From contig NC_086097.1 in assembly GCF_963921235.1 (NCBI RefSeq), positions 84,074,001-84,138,000 on the forward strand: a DNA stretch of 64,000 nt, in the 5' to 3' direction. Positions within the stretch are counted from its first letter, which is position 1, and the number at the start of each line of letters is the position of its first letter. Shown here in pieces: positions 48,460 through 60,264 of this stretch. The position numbers and the translations under genes were made by a program. Origin of the DNA: Mobula hypostoma (lineage: Eukaryota). The notes under the pieces are model-generated. The model worked only from the letters and a program-made list of their open reading frames with translations, was not told where the DNA came from and ran no database searches.

Positions 48460-49340
48460 TCCCTTGTCCATTCATCCTCCCCATCCCCTCCCACTGATCT
48501 CCCTCCCGGCACTTATCCTTGTAAGTGGAACAAGTGCTACACATGCCCTTACACTTCCTCCCTCACCACCATTAAGGATCCCAGACAGTCCTTCAAGATG
48601 AGGTGATACTTCACTTGTGAGTCGGCTGGGGTGATATACTGTGTCCGGTGCTCCCGATACAGCCTTCTATATATTGGCGAGACCTGACGCAGACTGGGAG
48701 ACCGTTTTGCTGAACACCTATGCTCTGTCCGCCAGAGAAAACAGGATCTCCCAGTGGCTACACATTTTAATTCCATGTCCCATTCCCATTCTGACATGTC
48801 TATCCACAGCCTCCTTTACTGTAAGGATGAAGCCACACTCAGGTTGGAGAAACAACACCTTATATTCCATCTGGGTAGCCTCCAACCTGATGGCATGAAC
48901 ATTGACTTCTCAAACTTCCGTTAATGCCCCACCTCCCCCTTGTACCCCATCCGTTATCTATCTATCTATTTATTTATTTATTTATTTATTATTATCAATT
49001 TTTTTTTCTCTCCCTCTCCTTTTTCTCCCTCTGTCCCTCTCACTATACTCCTTGCCCATCCTCTGGGCTTCCCCCCTCCCCCTTTCTTTCTCCCTAGGCC
49101 TCCCGTCCCATGATCCTCTCCCTTCTCCAGCCTCGTATCCCTTTTCCCAATCAACTTTCCAGTTCTTAGCTCCATCCCTCCCCCTCCTGTCTTCTCCTAT
49201 CATTTCGGATCTCCCCCTCCCCCTCCCACTTTCAAATCTCTTACTATTTCTTCTTTCAGTTAGTCCTAACGAGGGGTCTCGGCCCGAAACGTCGACTGTA
49301 CCTCTTCCTAAAGTTGCTGCCTGGCCTGCTGCGTTCCACC
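48460..49340 (+). mobile_element. Penelope-like element 3' part (GIY-YIG + terminal repeat, hammerhead at 49261-49298)
   Basis: PGTYPCKWNKCYTCP, FTCESAGVIYCVRC..YIGET. Inverted copy of 49823-50720. Confidence 0.9.
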
Positions 49341-50248
49341 AGCATTTTGTGTGTGTTGCTATTTACAAGCTTTGCAAGGCAGAGAGACCCAGGAACAGAC
49401 AAACTCTTTCTTCTTACATTAACCCAGCCAGGTTTCTTTCATTTAAACAAAACATGTTTGTCAACACAACGTTCAACATACTCATTCATATGTCAGTTAA
49501 GACACTTTAGTGGTCACTCTCTGATATTTCACAGCACACAGCATTTACAAACGTATTTGGACTTACAAAAGAACATCCATGTCTACACAGGTAAATAATA
49601 AACTCGAATGTAGATACTAAGAAGGAATCCATCAACCTAGCTCTCAAAGTGACCAATAGACATTTAGTCATTTACAGACATCCACATGTTAATGGTGGCT
49701 GAGACTAAGAAAGAATCCAGCTGTTATCAACAAACATTCTACAGACATTAACAGCCCTACAGTGTTTACTCTGTACGGACACTTCACAGACATTACTGAC
49801 ATACAGACCTCACATGCTAAGACGAGAAAATCTGCATATGCTGGAAATTCAAGCAACACACACAAAATGCTGATGGAATGCAGCAGGTCAGGCAGCATCT
49901 ATAGGAAGTACAGACGACATTTTGGGCTGAGACCCTTCACCAGAACTAACTGAAAGAAGAGATAGTAAGAGATTTGAAAGTGGGAGGGGAGGGGGAGATC
50001 CGAAATGATAGGAGAAGACAGGAGGGGGAGGGATGAAGCTAAGTGCTGGAAAGTTCATTGGCAAAAGGGACACAGAGCTGGAGAAGGGGGGAGGATCATG
50101 GGACGGGAGGCCTAGGGGGAAAGAAAGGGAGAGAGGAGCCCAGAGGAAGATGGAGAGCAGGCAAGGAGTGTTTGTGAGAGGGACAGAGAAAGAGAAAAAA
50201 GGGGGGAATAAATTAATAAGGGATGGGGTAAGAAGGGGAGGAGGGACA

Positions 50249-51848
50249 TTAACGGAAATTTGAGAAATCAGTGTTTATGCCATCAGGTTGGAGGCTACCC
50301 AGACGGAATATAAGATGTTGTTCCTCCAACCTGAGTGTGGCTTCATCTTGACAGTAGAGGAGGCCATGGATTGACATATCGGAATGGGAATGGGACGTGG
50401 AATTAAAATGTGTGGCCACTGGGAGATCCTGCTTTTTCTGGTGGACAGAGCGTAGGTGATCAGCGAAACGGTCTCCCAGTCTGCATCGGGTCTCACCAAT
50501 ATATAGAAGGCCACACCGGGAGCACTGGACGCAGTATATCACCCCAGCCGACTCACAGGTGAAGTGTCGCCTCACCTGGAAGAACTGTCTGGGGCCCTGA
50601 ATGGTGGTGAGGGAGGAAGTGTAAGGGCATGTGTAGCACTTGTTCTGCTTACAAGGATAAGTGCTGGGAAGGAGATCAGTGGGAAGGGATGTGGGGGATG
50701 AATAGACAAGGGAGTCGCATGGGGAGCGATCCCTGCGGAAAGCGAGGGGGGGGAGGGAAAAATGTGGTTATTGGTGGGATCCTGTTGGAGGTGGCAGAAG
50801 TTACGGAAAATTATATGTTGGACCCAGAGGCTGGTGGGGTGGTAGGTGAGGACAAGGGGAACCCTATTCCTAGTACGGTGGTGGGAGGATGGGGTGAGAG
50901 CAGATGTGCGTGAAATGGGAGAGATGTGTTTGAGAGCTGAGTCGATGGTGGAGAAAGGGAAGCCCCTTTCTTTAAAAAAGGAGGACATCTCCTTCGTCCT
51001 GGAATGAAAAGCCTCATCCTGAGAGCAGATGTGGTGGAGACGGAGGAATTGCGAGAAGGGGATGGCAATTTTGCAAGAGACAGGGTAAGAAGAGGAATAG
51101 TCCAGGTAGCTGTGAGAGTCTGTAGGCTTATAGTAGACATCAGTAGATAAGCTGTCTCCAGAGATAGAGACAGAAAGATCAAGAAAGGAGAGGGAGGTGT
51201 CGGAAATAGACCAGGTAAATTTGAGGGCAGGGTGAAAGTTGGAGGCAAAGTTAATGAAGTCAATGAGCTCAGCATGCGTGCAGGAAGCAGCACCAATGCA
51301 GTAGTTGATGTAGCGAAGGAAAAGTGGGGGACAGATACCAGTATAGGCACGGAACATAGGTTGTTCCACAAACCCAACAAAAAGGCAGGCATAGCTAGGA
51401 CCCATACGGGTGCCCATAGCTACACCTTTAATTTGGAGGAAGTGGGAGGAGCCAAAGGAGAAATTATTAAGAGTAAGGACTAATTCCGCTAGACAGAGGA
51501 GAGTGGTGGTAGAGAGGAATTGGTTAGGTCTGGAATCCAAAAAGAAGTGGAGAGCTTTAGACCTTCCTAGTAGGGGATGGAGGTATATAGGGACTGGACA
51601 TCCATGGTGAAATAAGGCAGTGGGGGCCAGGGAACTTAAAATCATCGAAAAAATTCAGAGCGTGAGAAGTGTCACGAACAGAGGTAGGAAGGGATTGAAC
51701 AAGGGCTGATAAAACAGTGTCAAGGTATGAAGAAACGAGTTCGGTGGGGCAGGAGCAAGCTGAGACAATGGGCCTACCTGGCCAGGCAGGTTTGTGGATC
51801 TTGGGTAGGAGGTAGAAACGGGAAGCGCGGGATGTGGGAACTATAAAG
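50249..51848 (-). pseudogene. Penelope-like RT + GIY-YIG endonuclease (frameshifted)
   Basis: FYLLPKIHK..GRPIVS, QIKGVAMGTRMGPSYA, FLRYINY (YIDD-like), FLDLSV, VYYKPTD, VIYCVQC..LYIGET. Confidence 0.92.
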
Positions 51849-54204
51849 GTCATCTTTAAAATTTTTGTACGGTAACCCTTCGGAACCACCACTTGGTGCA
51901 CCACGGCCCTATCCTCATCGGCAGGTGCTGTCAGTGGTTTCCACGTCCTCATTAGTACCCAGTCCTTCAGATAGTAACTCATTGACTCCCTCTGAATTTC
52001 ATCCTCAGAAAGAGCTGTCCCTTTTAAAACTGCAATCTCAGGATCCCTATCCTGCTCTTCCACAAGCTTCCACCTGGACAATGACAAACCCCTCTTATCC
52101 GCCTCACTACCTGGGTCCTGGTCGAACACAGATGGTAGAAAAGTTTCAGATAAGTCAGTAGGATCTGTACCCCTGTCTTTGCTACCGCAGGCACCTGGCC
52201 CCTCCCGTCCAGATCGCTTCATTTCTGCAGCCTTTCTTGTCATGCTTCTTGTGATCGCACATGTGGGATAAAGTTCACTGTCTGCACTTGTCTCACTAAC
52301 AGCAGGCCAGCTTGTTAGCTGTAACTCTGGGTATACATCTTTTCCTGCCAGGTCATTTCCCAACAAGAGGTCCACGTTAGCTATCGGTAATTTAGGTCGT
52401 ATCCCTATCTCAAATGGTCCAGACACTAAGTCACATTTCAAAATTATTTTGTGCAAAGGCACGACCTCTGTTCCCTTGCCAATACCTTCCAGAATATTCA
52501 CTTGGTCCGTTTTTGTCTCGTCACCAAATTCTAAGATATCACTGAATATCAGTGACTGAACGGCTCCAGTATTGTGCCAGATTCTCACTGGAACTAGGGG
52601 TGACCCCTCCCTCACAGACACAAAATCCTTGATAATAAACCACTCAATCCCTTCCTGAACTTGGCCAGATCCCACCTTCCTTCGTGTAGTCTCAGCCACT
52701 GGCGCACACGCGTTGGGAGTTTCCCCTTCTCCTTTCCCATTTCTTTCTTCTGAATAAGACAGTTAGACGCCACATGGCCAGGCTTCCTGCAGTAGTAACA
52801 GGTAAAACTGGAAAACTTATCTTTGGTCAGTTTCCCCTCCTCTTTACCTCTGTCACTAGCTCCCGCCTTGTTTTCTGTTTTACTCGGCGGATTATCATGG
52901 TAACTCTTCTGATAACCCTTGCTCGGGAAAAACGTAATCTTATGAGTCAGGGCAAACTTATCCGCTAACCTAGCAGCCGCGGAAAGAGTCTCAACCTCTT
53001 TCTCTTCTAAGTATGTCCGTATCTCACTAGGGACACACTCTTTAAATTCCTCGACCAGCATCAGCTGTCTCACTTTGTGGTAGTCCTCGTCTACCTCTTT
53101 CGAGGCACACCACCAATCAAAGTACCTCTCCTTTTCACGGGCAAACTCTATATACGTCTGGTTCCCAGACTTCCTCAAACCCCAAAACTTCTGTTGGTAC
53201 ACTTCTGGCACCATTTCATAGACCTTAAGCACAGCCTCCTTCACAGCATCATAATTAGTCGGCTCAGTCACAGACAAGGCAGAATATGCTTGCTGCGCCT
53301 TCCCTTTTAACACACTTTGCAGCAATACTGCCCAGTCCTCCGTCAGCCACTTCCTGTTCTGAGCCACTTTCTCAAAATGTAGGAACTACCTATCAACGTC
53401 TCCTTCAGCAAACGGAGATACCAACTTAATTTCCTGACTGTCATTAATTGATACACCCCTCTCGCCACCACTGCCTGACACTTGACCCTCTTGATGCTGC
53501 ATCTCCCTCTCAAACTCCCTCTGTCTTTCTGCCTCTTCTCTCTGTTTTTCTGCCTCTTTAGCCTCGAGCTGTTTCAGTTGCAACTCATGCTGTCTTTTCC
53601 TATCCTCAGCCTCTGGCCTGCATATCCTGAATCTCAGCCTCAGTAAGTTTACCTCCAGCGAACATTCTCAATACATCCTCAGTAAATTGTTTCGTCAAAA
53701 CATAATATTCAACTATTTTTCTTTGAATTTCTATCTTAGACATACCTTTCTTTACCTCAATTCTCAATTCTTTAGCGATGTCCCGCACAACGTCCTTTTT
53801 AGCTCTCTGCAAAATCACAGGGTTTGGCTTTGCCAGAAATTTTGCAACATCCATTTCTGTTGTTTTTCCACACAAAGATTAATTACAAGGGATTTCCCCA
53901 ATCAAGACAAGCCCCCACACAATTTCAAAAATTGGCTCCAACCAAATTTGATCTGATCCTGGACGAGCCCCCAATTTTGTCACGAACCCCGTGATGGGTT
54001 GAAAAGGACCAGCAGAAACGGAACACACCTGGAGTCTGGTTTACTATAAATTAAGACTATATTTATTACTACTACGAATTAATATCATTAAACTGGATAA
54101 TACGATACAGGTTATAAACTATTTATATATACACACACAGTATATCCGTAAATGTGTGTGTGGATACAAAAATCCAGGAGGTAGATATCAGTCTTACGGT
54201 GTCA
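51849..54204 (-). mobile_element. Second Gmr1-like family: partial 5' LTR (53978-54204), tRNA-Pro PBS (53956-53973), gag (SCAN-like + CCHC) and protease; truncated just before integrase
   Basis: PBS TGGGGGCTCGTCCAGGAT; CYYCRKPGHVASNC; WHNTGAVQS; HQVVVPK. All are homologous to 14812-16762. Confidence 0.9.
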
Positions 54205-54673
54205 GGAGGAACAACACCTTATATTCCATCTGGATAGCCTCCAACCTGGTGGCATGAACATTGATTTCTCTAACTTCCGTTAATGCCCCTCTTCCCCTTC
54301 TTACTCCATCCCTTATTTATTCTCCCCTTTTTTTCTCTCTCTGTCCCTCTCACAAGCACTCCTTACCTGCTCTCCACCTTCCTCTGGGCTCCCCTCTCCC
54401 TTTCTTTCTCCCTAGGCCTCCTGTCCCATGATCCTCCCCCTTCTCCAGCTCTGTATCCCTTTTGCCAACGAACTTTCCAGCTCTTAGCTTCATCCCTCCT
54501 CCGCCTGTCTTCTCCTATTATTTCGGATCTCCTGCTCCCCCTCTCACTTTCAAATCTCTTACTATCTCTTCTTTCAGTTAGTCCTGACGAAGGGTCTCAG
54601 CCCGAAACGTTGACTGTATTTCTTCCTGTAGATGCTGCCTGGCCTGCTGCATTCCATCAGCATTTTGTGCGTG
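54205..54673 (+). repeat. Inverted Penelope terminal repeat
   Basis: GGAGGAACAACACCTTATATTCC...GCATTTTGTGCGTG is the reverse complement of ~49860-50330. Confidence 0.9.
54579..54616 (+). ncRNA. Minimal type I hammerhead ribozyme motif (Penelope-type), core intact
   Basis: TAGTC-CTGACGA-A-GGG TCTCAG CCC-GAAA-CGTT-GACTG; palindromic AACGTT stem III typical of dimer-forming minimal hammerheads. Confidence 0.75.
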
Positions 54674-55119
54674 TCACATGCTAAGAGTTCAGAAAGTGTG
54701 AAATCGTCATTCGACCTTCCAAACATTCATCAAATGTTTTATAAAATTTAATATGACACAACATCTGACCTAATTGGTTTTGTGGATTTGGATTTTCCAC
54801 TTGACTTAGAACAGCTTGGGTTCCCATGAATCCCAGCTCCTTTTTGGAAGGTGATTATCCACACATTACCTAAAGATGTTGATCTGAAGAATGATTTCCA
54901 TAATCGCTGTAAATCCACAGCTTGTGCTGAATTTTTGTTGGAATTAGCCAGAACCCACTGTTGCTGTACTTTTGACAATAGGCTCGCAGTCTTTACGAGG
55001 AGCGCGTAAGATTTTTCAGAACACAGTGTTATGGAGTTCATGCAAATTTATATCTTGGCTTTGCAAATCACAAGTGTCAGTCTTAAAAGATGATATTTAT
55101 ACTGTACCACTTATGAAAT

Positions 55120-55690
55120 GGAATCACAATCAGCTTTATTATCACTGACATATGTCGTGACATTTGTTGCTTTTGTGGCAGCAGTACAGTACAAGAAAAT
55201 AAAAAAAATACTATAAGTTACAATAAAAAAATTACTAAGTTATAATAAAAGAAAATAAATAAATATGGTAAAAGAGGAGTAATGAAGTAGTATACATGAG
55301 TGAGGGAAGGAGTATTGATGGCAGGGGGAAAGAAGCTGTTCAGAGACTGTTGAGTGTGTGTCTTCAGGCTCCTGTACTTCCTCTCTGATGGTAGTACTGA
55401 GAAGAGAGCATGTCCTGGATGATGAAATTCCTTCAGGATGCACATCATCTTCTTGAGACACTACCTTTTAAAGACATTCTTGATGGTGGGAATGCTTGTG
55501 CCCGTGAGGCTGTTGGCTGGGTCTACAACCCTCTGCAGCCACTTTCAATCCTGTGCATGGGGGTCTCTACACCAGGCTGTGATGCAACCAGTCAGAATGC
55601 TCTTCACCGTACATCTGTAAAAATTTGCCACTCTTGCGTGACATACCACACCTCCTCAAACTCTTAATAAAGTATAGCCATTCGTGTGTA
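55120..55690 (-). mobile_element. Rex1-type 3' fragment
   Basis: HHPGHALFSVLPSERKYRSLKTHT..NSFFP. Confidence 0.8.
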
Positions 55691-57329
55691 AGCATAATGT
55701 ATAAATGTCAGCAATAATATCTGCCAGTAGAAACAATTTTGAATTCCCAATGCCCTGTGGTACAAACAATATAGCAAGTTTTCTAATTTACACTTCACTT
55801 TGTAACTGTGAAGCAATCAGATATTGTGTAAGTCAGAATGCAACTCAGTCTCAAAATACATAAGTTCAAAGTAAATTTGTTATATGCAACCTGGAAATTC
55901 ATTTTCTTGCAGGTACGCACAGTAAAACAAATATAATAAAATCCATTAAAAACGACACACAACAAAGACTGACAGACATCCAACATGCAAAAGGGGTCAA
56001 ATTGTATGAATAATAAAAAACTGTAAACAAGTACTGTAATGCACAGAACGTGAGCTGCAGGGTCCCCGACAGTGAGCCCACAAGCTGCTGTGTCTGCTTA
56101 GCCTCAGCGAGTGAAGCTGGTCCAGGATTGCAAAGGCTGCAGGGCAACAGCTGTTCTGAACTTGGCAGCATGGGACCCAAGAATTGTGCTTTGCACAACT
56201 TCAGAAACAGTGCTCTGTAGTTGGAAATTAGTTTAATCTGAAGGGATTAATAATGGTACCCATCTTGGGACTGGTAAGTCTCTATGCTGTTAATATCTAT
56301 GCTTAAACATCCCGATGAAGTGTTTCAGATCGAAATGCAGACAGTTTATTCCTCTCCATGGATGCTGCCTGACTTTCTGAATACCTCCAGCATTTTGTTT
56401 ATATGGTTAAACATTGTTCCTTCATTTGCTGAGCAGGTCCCCCAAACTCCAAGAAGCACTCTCTCACCCCCTCCCATTACAAAAGCATCCATTCTTTTAT
56501 CCACTCCTCCATGGCTGAAGGAAGATTGCCTGTATTGTGGTATGCCCTATAACAATTGCCTGCAGAGGATGCACCTGTTGTACAAAATGCCTGTAATTGC
56601 AATAACTTGCATTAACTTCGCTCCACAGAACTGCAACGGTGTAGCATTACACAGGGAAACCTAACAATGCCCTTTTGTAAACTTTGCAAATGATCTCAAT
56701 CTTTATGTAACTTTCAGAAATGTGTGGCCAGACACAATACCAATGAGGACACAAGGAGGCTTCTTAGACTCTCAAGCTTGCTCTAGCGTTTAATAAGATT
56801 GTGGCTAGTCTGATTGTGCCTGCAGCTTCATATTCCTGCCTACCTGCGATGATCTTTCACTTCCTTTCTTATCAAGAATCTGCCTTAAAAATATTGTCCT
56901 CCTATTGCCCTTCGAGGAGGAAAGTTGCAGAAACTCATGACCCACTGATGAAAAATAAATTCTTTCATCTCTGTCTTAAGTGGGGGTGATTCCTTATTTT
57001 GAAAAAGTGACCAATAATTCTAGGTTCTCCAACAAGAGAAAATACCGTCTCCATATCCACCTTGTCAAGACCCTTCAGTGCCTTAGATGTTTCATTAGAA
57101 TGCCCTGTGATGTTGTTTTACCAATATTAAACTCATAGACTCTCAATATTGTAGGGCTGGAAGAGGGTACAGAAACAGTTTGACTACAAGTTCAACCGAC
57201 AGTCAAACTACTTGCCTTTATGTCCATTCAGTAAGTTGAAACTGTTGATAAATATTGAAGAAATCAAAAGGACAATGAAAATGACAGTGAAATGCAATGG
57301 TACATGGTATTATTGTGAGAAGCTTACAA

Positions 57330-60255
57330 CGAGAGATAGACAAGGCATGTAAAAAGGGCTTTTCTTTAGTCATGGGGGATTTCAAAATGCAGGTAGATTG
57401 GGATAATCATGTTGGTGCTGGATCCCAAAAGAGGGAATTTGTAGAATGCCTGTGAGATGGCTTTTTAGAGCAGCTTGTGGTTGAGCCCTCTAGGAAAAAG
57501 GCAATTCTGAATTGGGTGTTGCGTAATGAACCAGATTTGATTAGGGAGCTTAAGGTAAAGGAACCCGTAAGAGACAGTGATCATAATATGATAGAATTCA
57601 CCCTGCAGTTTGAGAGTAGAAGCTAGAATTAGATGTATCAGTATTACAGCTGAGTAAAGGGAATCATAGAGGCATGAAACTGGTATTAGCCGAAGTGGAT
57701 TGAAAGGGGAAACTAGTAGGGATGATGGCAGTATAGCAATGGCTGGAGTTTTGGAAAGCGCAGGATAGATACATCCAAAGAAGAAGTAGTATTCTAAAAG
57801 GAGGATGAGATAACCTTGGTTGACAAGGGAAGTAAAAGATGGCATAAAAGCAAAAGTGAGGGCATATAATATAGCAAAAATCAGTGGGAGGTTAAAGTAT
57901 TGGGAAGCTTTTAAAAGGCAACAGAAGGCAACTGAAAGATTCATAAGGAGAGAAAAGATGAAATATTAAGGCAGCCAATAATATAAAAGAGGATACCAGA
58001 AGTTATTTTTCAGATATATAAAGAATAAAAGAGAGGCAAGAGTGGATATTAGACCGCAAGAAAATGATACTGGAGAGGTAGTAATGGGAGACAAAGAAAT
58101 GGTGGACGAACTTATTAAATATTTTGCATCAGTCTTCATTGTGGAAGATACCAGCAGAATGCCAGAATTGTGAGTGTCAGGGGGCAGAAGTGACTGTAGT
58201 TGCTATTACCAAGGAGAATGTGCTTGGGAAGCTGAAAGGTCTGAAGGTAGATAAGTTACCTGGACCAGATGGACTACAGCCCAGGATTCTGAAAGAGGAG
58301 GCTAAAGAGATTATGGAGCTTATAGTAAAAATCTTTCAAGAATCACTAGATTCTGGAATGGTTTCAGAGGACTGGAAAATTGCAAATGTCACTCCATTCT
58401 TTAAGAAGGGAGGGAGACGAAAGAAAGGTAATTACAGTTGGCCCTCCTTATCCGTGAGGGATTGGTTCTGAGACCCCCCGCGGATACCAAAAAACGCAGA
58501 TGCTCAAGTCCCTTATTTAACCTATCTCAGTGCGGGTGGACTTTAGGACCCAGGGCAGCACAGGACCCGCCACCCGCAGTGTTTCTATTCCGTTGACTTA
58601 TAATACCTAATACAATGTAAATGCTATGTAAATAGTTGTTATACTGCATTGTTTAGGGAATAATGACAAGAAAAAAAGTCTGTACATGTTCAGTACAGAC
58701 GCAACCATCGTAGCTCTTCTGGGAACGATGATGCCGCCTCGACATCAGCCGATCACGATTCTCCCGTGATCTTTAAGTTCTTGAGGCTGTAGCGCTTTAC
58801 ATAGCCAGCCAGCCATCCCTAGCACTAACACTTCCACGAACTTCAGCTTCTTTCTGCTTTATTGTGCGAATGCTTGTTTCATTCTGACCGACCTTACTGC
58901 CCACTTCGAAATGCGACGTGCCACTTTTCAAAAGATCTACTCTTTGCCTTTGAGGAATCGATTTGACCACGTAATTGTTCTTTAGGAGCCATTTTTCCAC
59001 AGAAACAAAGTAGCGAACAAACGAGACGTGAGTCGAAAAACGAGTGCTGGAGCGAGAACTTCCGGGTTTTCCCGATTCGCGGTTGGTTGAATTCGCGCAT
59101 GTGGAACTTGTGGATAAGAAGGGCCGACTGTATAGGCCAGTTAGCCTAACTTCAGTTGTTGGGAAAATGTTGGGAGTCCATTATTAAGGATGAATTTTCA
59201 GGATACTTTGGAGGCACATGTTAAAATAGGCAAGAGTCAACATAGTTTCCTTAAGGAGAAACCTTGCCTGACAAATCTTGGAATCTTGCCTTGGAATTCT
59301 TTGATAAAATAACAGACAGGATAAACAAAGGAGAGTCAGAGGATATTGTTTACTTGGATTTTCAGATGGCCTTTGACAAGGTGCCACACATGGGGCTGCT
59401 AAACAAGATGTGAGACCATGGTATTACAAGAACGACACGAGCATGGATAGCAAAGTGGCTGAATTACAGGAGTCAAAGAACAAGAACAAAGAGGGCCTTA
59501 TCTGGTTGGCTGCTGGTGACAATTGGTGTTCCATAGGGGTCTATGTTGGGACCGCTTCTTTTCATCTTGTATGTCAATGATTTGGATCATCAGGTAGCAT
59601 TGAGAAAGCAGGGAGTCTGCAGAAGGACTTAGACAGATTAGGAGAATGGGCAAAAAAGTGGCAGATGGAATATAGGGTAGGGAAGTATATGGTCATGCAG
59701 TTTGGTAGAAGGAATAAAGGCGTAGACTGTTTTCTAAATGGGGAGAAAAACAATGATGTAAAGGGCTTCGGAATTCATGTGCAGGATTCCCTAAAGGTTA
59801 TCTTGTAGGTTGAATTGGTGGTGAGGAAGGCAAATGCAATGTTAGCATTCATTTCAAGAGGGCTAGAATATAAAAGCAAAGATATAATGCTGAGGGTTGA
59901 TAAGACATTGGTCAGATCGCACTTAAGAGTATTGAGAGCAGTTTTGGGCCCGTTATCTAAGAAAAGATGTGCTGACGTTGGAGATGGTCCAGAGAAGGTT
60001 CACAAGAATGATGCCAGGAATGAAAGGGTTAACCTATGAGCAGCATATGATGGCTCTCGGTACTCACTGGAGTTTAGAAGAATGGGCTGCGAGGGGTGGG
60101 TGGGTGGAGTCTCATTGCAACCTATCAAACATTGAAAGGCCAAGATAGACCAGAAAGGATGCTTCCTATAGTGAGGGTGTCTAGGTCCAGAGGGCACAGC
60201 CTCAGGATAGAGGGATGTCTCTTTTGAACAGAGATGAGGAGGAATCTCTTTAGGC
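57330..60255 (+). mobile_element. Degenerate CR1 ORF2, interrupted by a Tigger-like element
   Basis: PGPDGLQPRILKE..WKIANVTPFFKKGG; resumes TAGGCCAGTTAGCC after 59132. Confidence 0.88.
58435..59130 (-). mobile_element. pogo/Tigger-family deletion derivative (Tigger2/MER2-like)
   Basis: TA TSD; TIRs CAGTTGGCCCTCCTTATCC / GGATAAGAAGGGCCGACTG; minus-strand MAPKEQL.. and VDLLKSG..EVGSKVGQNETSIRTIKQKE N-terminal HTH remnant. Confidence 0.9.
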
Positions 60256-60264
60256 CAATTATTA

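Larger units (their letters stand above)
49823..54673 (-). mobile_element. Composite insertion: Penelope (minus) + Gmr1 5' half (minus) + inverted Penelope terminal repeat (plus)
   Basis: Perfect 13-bp direct repeat TCACATGCTAAGA at 49810-49822 and 54674-54686. Confidence 0.85.

Noticed and set aside
48902..49510. 202-aa Leu/Pro/Ser-rich ORF (also 54283-54684)
   Set aside because: Translation of the pyrimidine-rich Penelope terminal repeat; low complexity.
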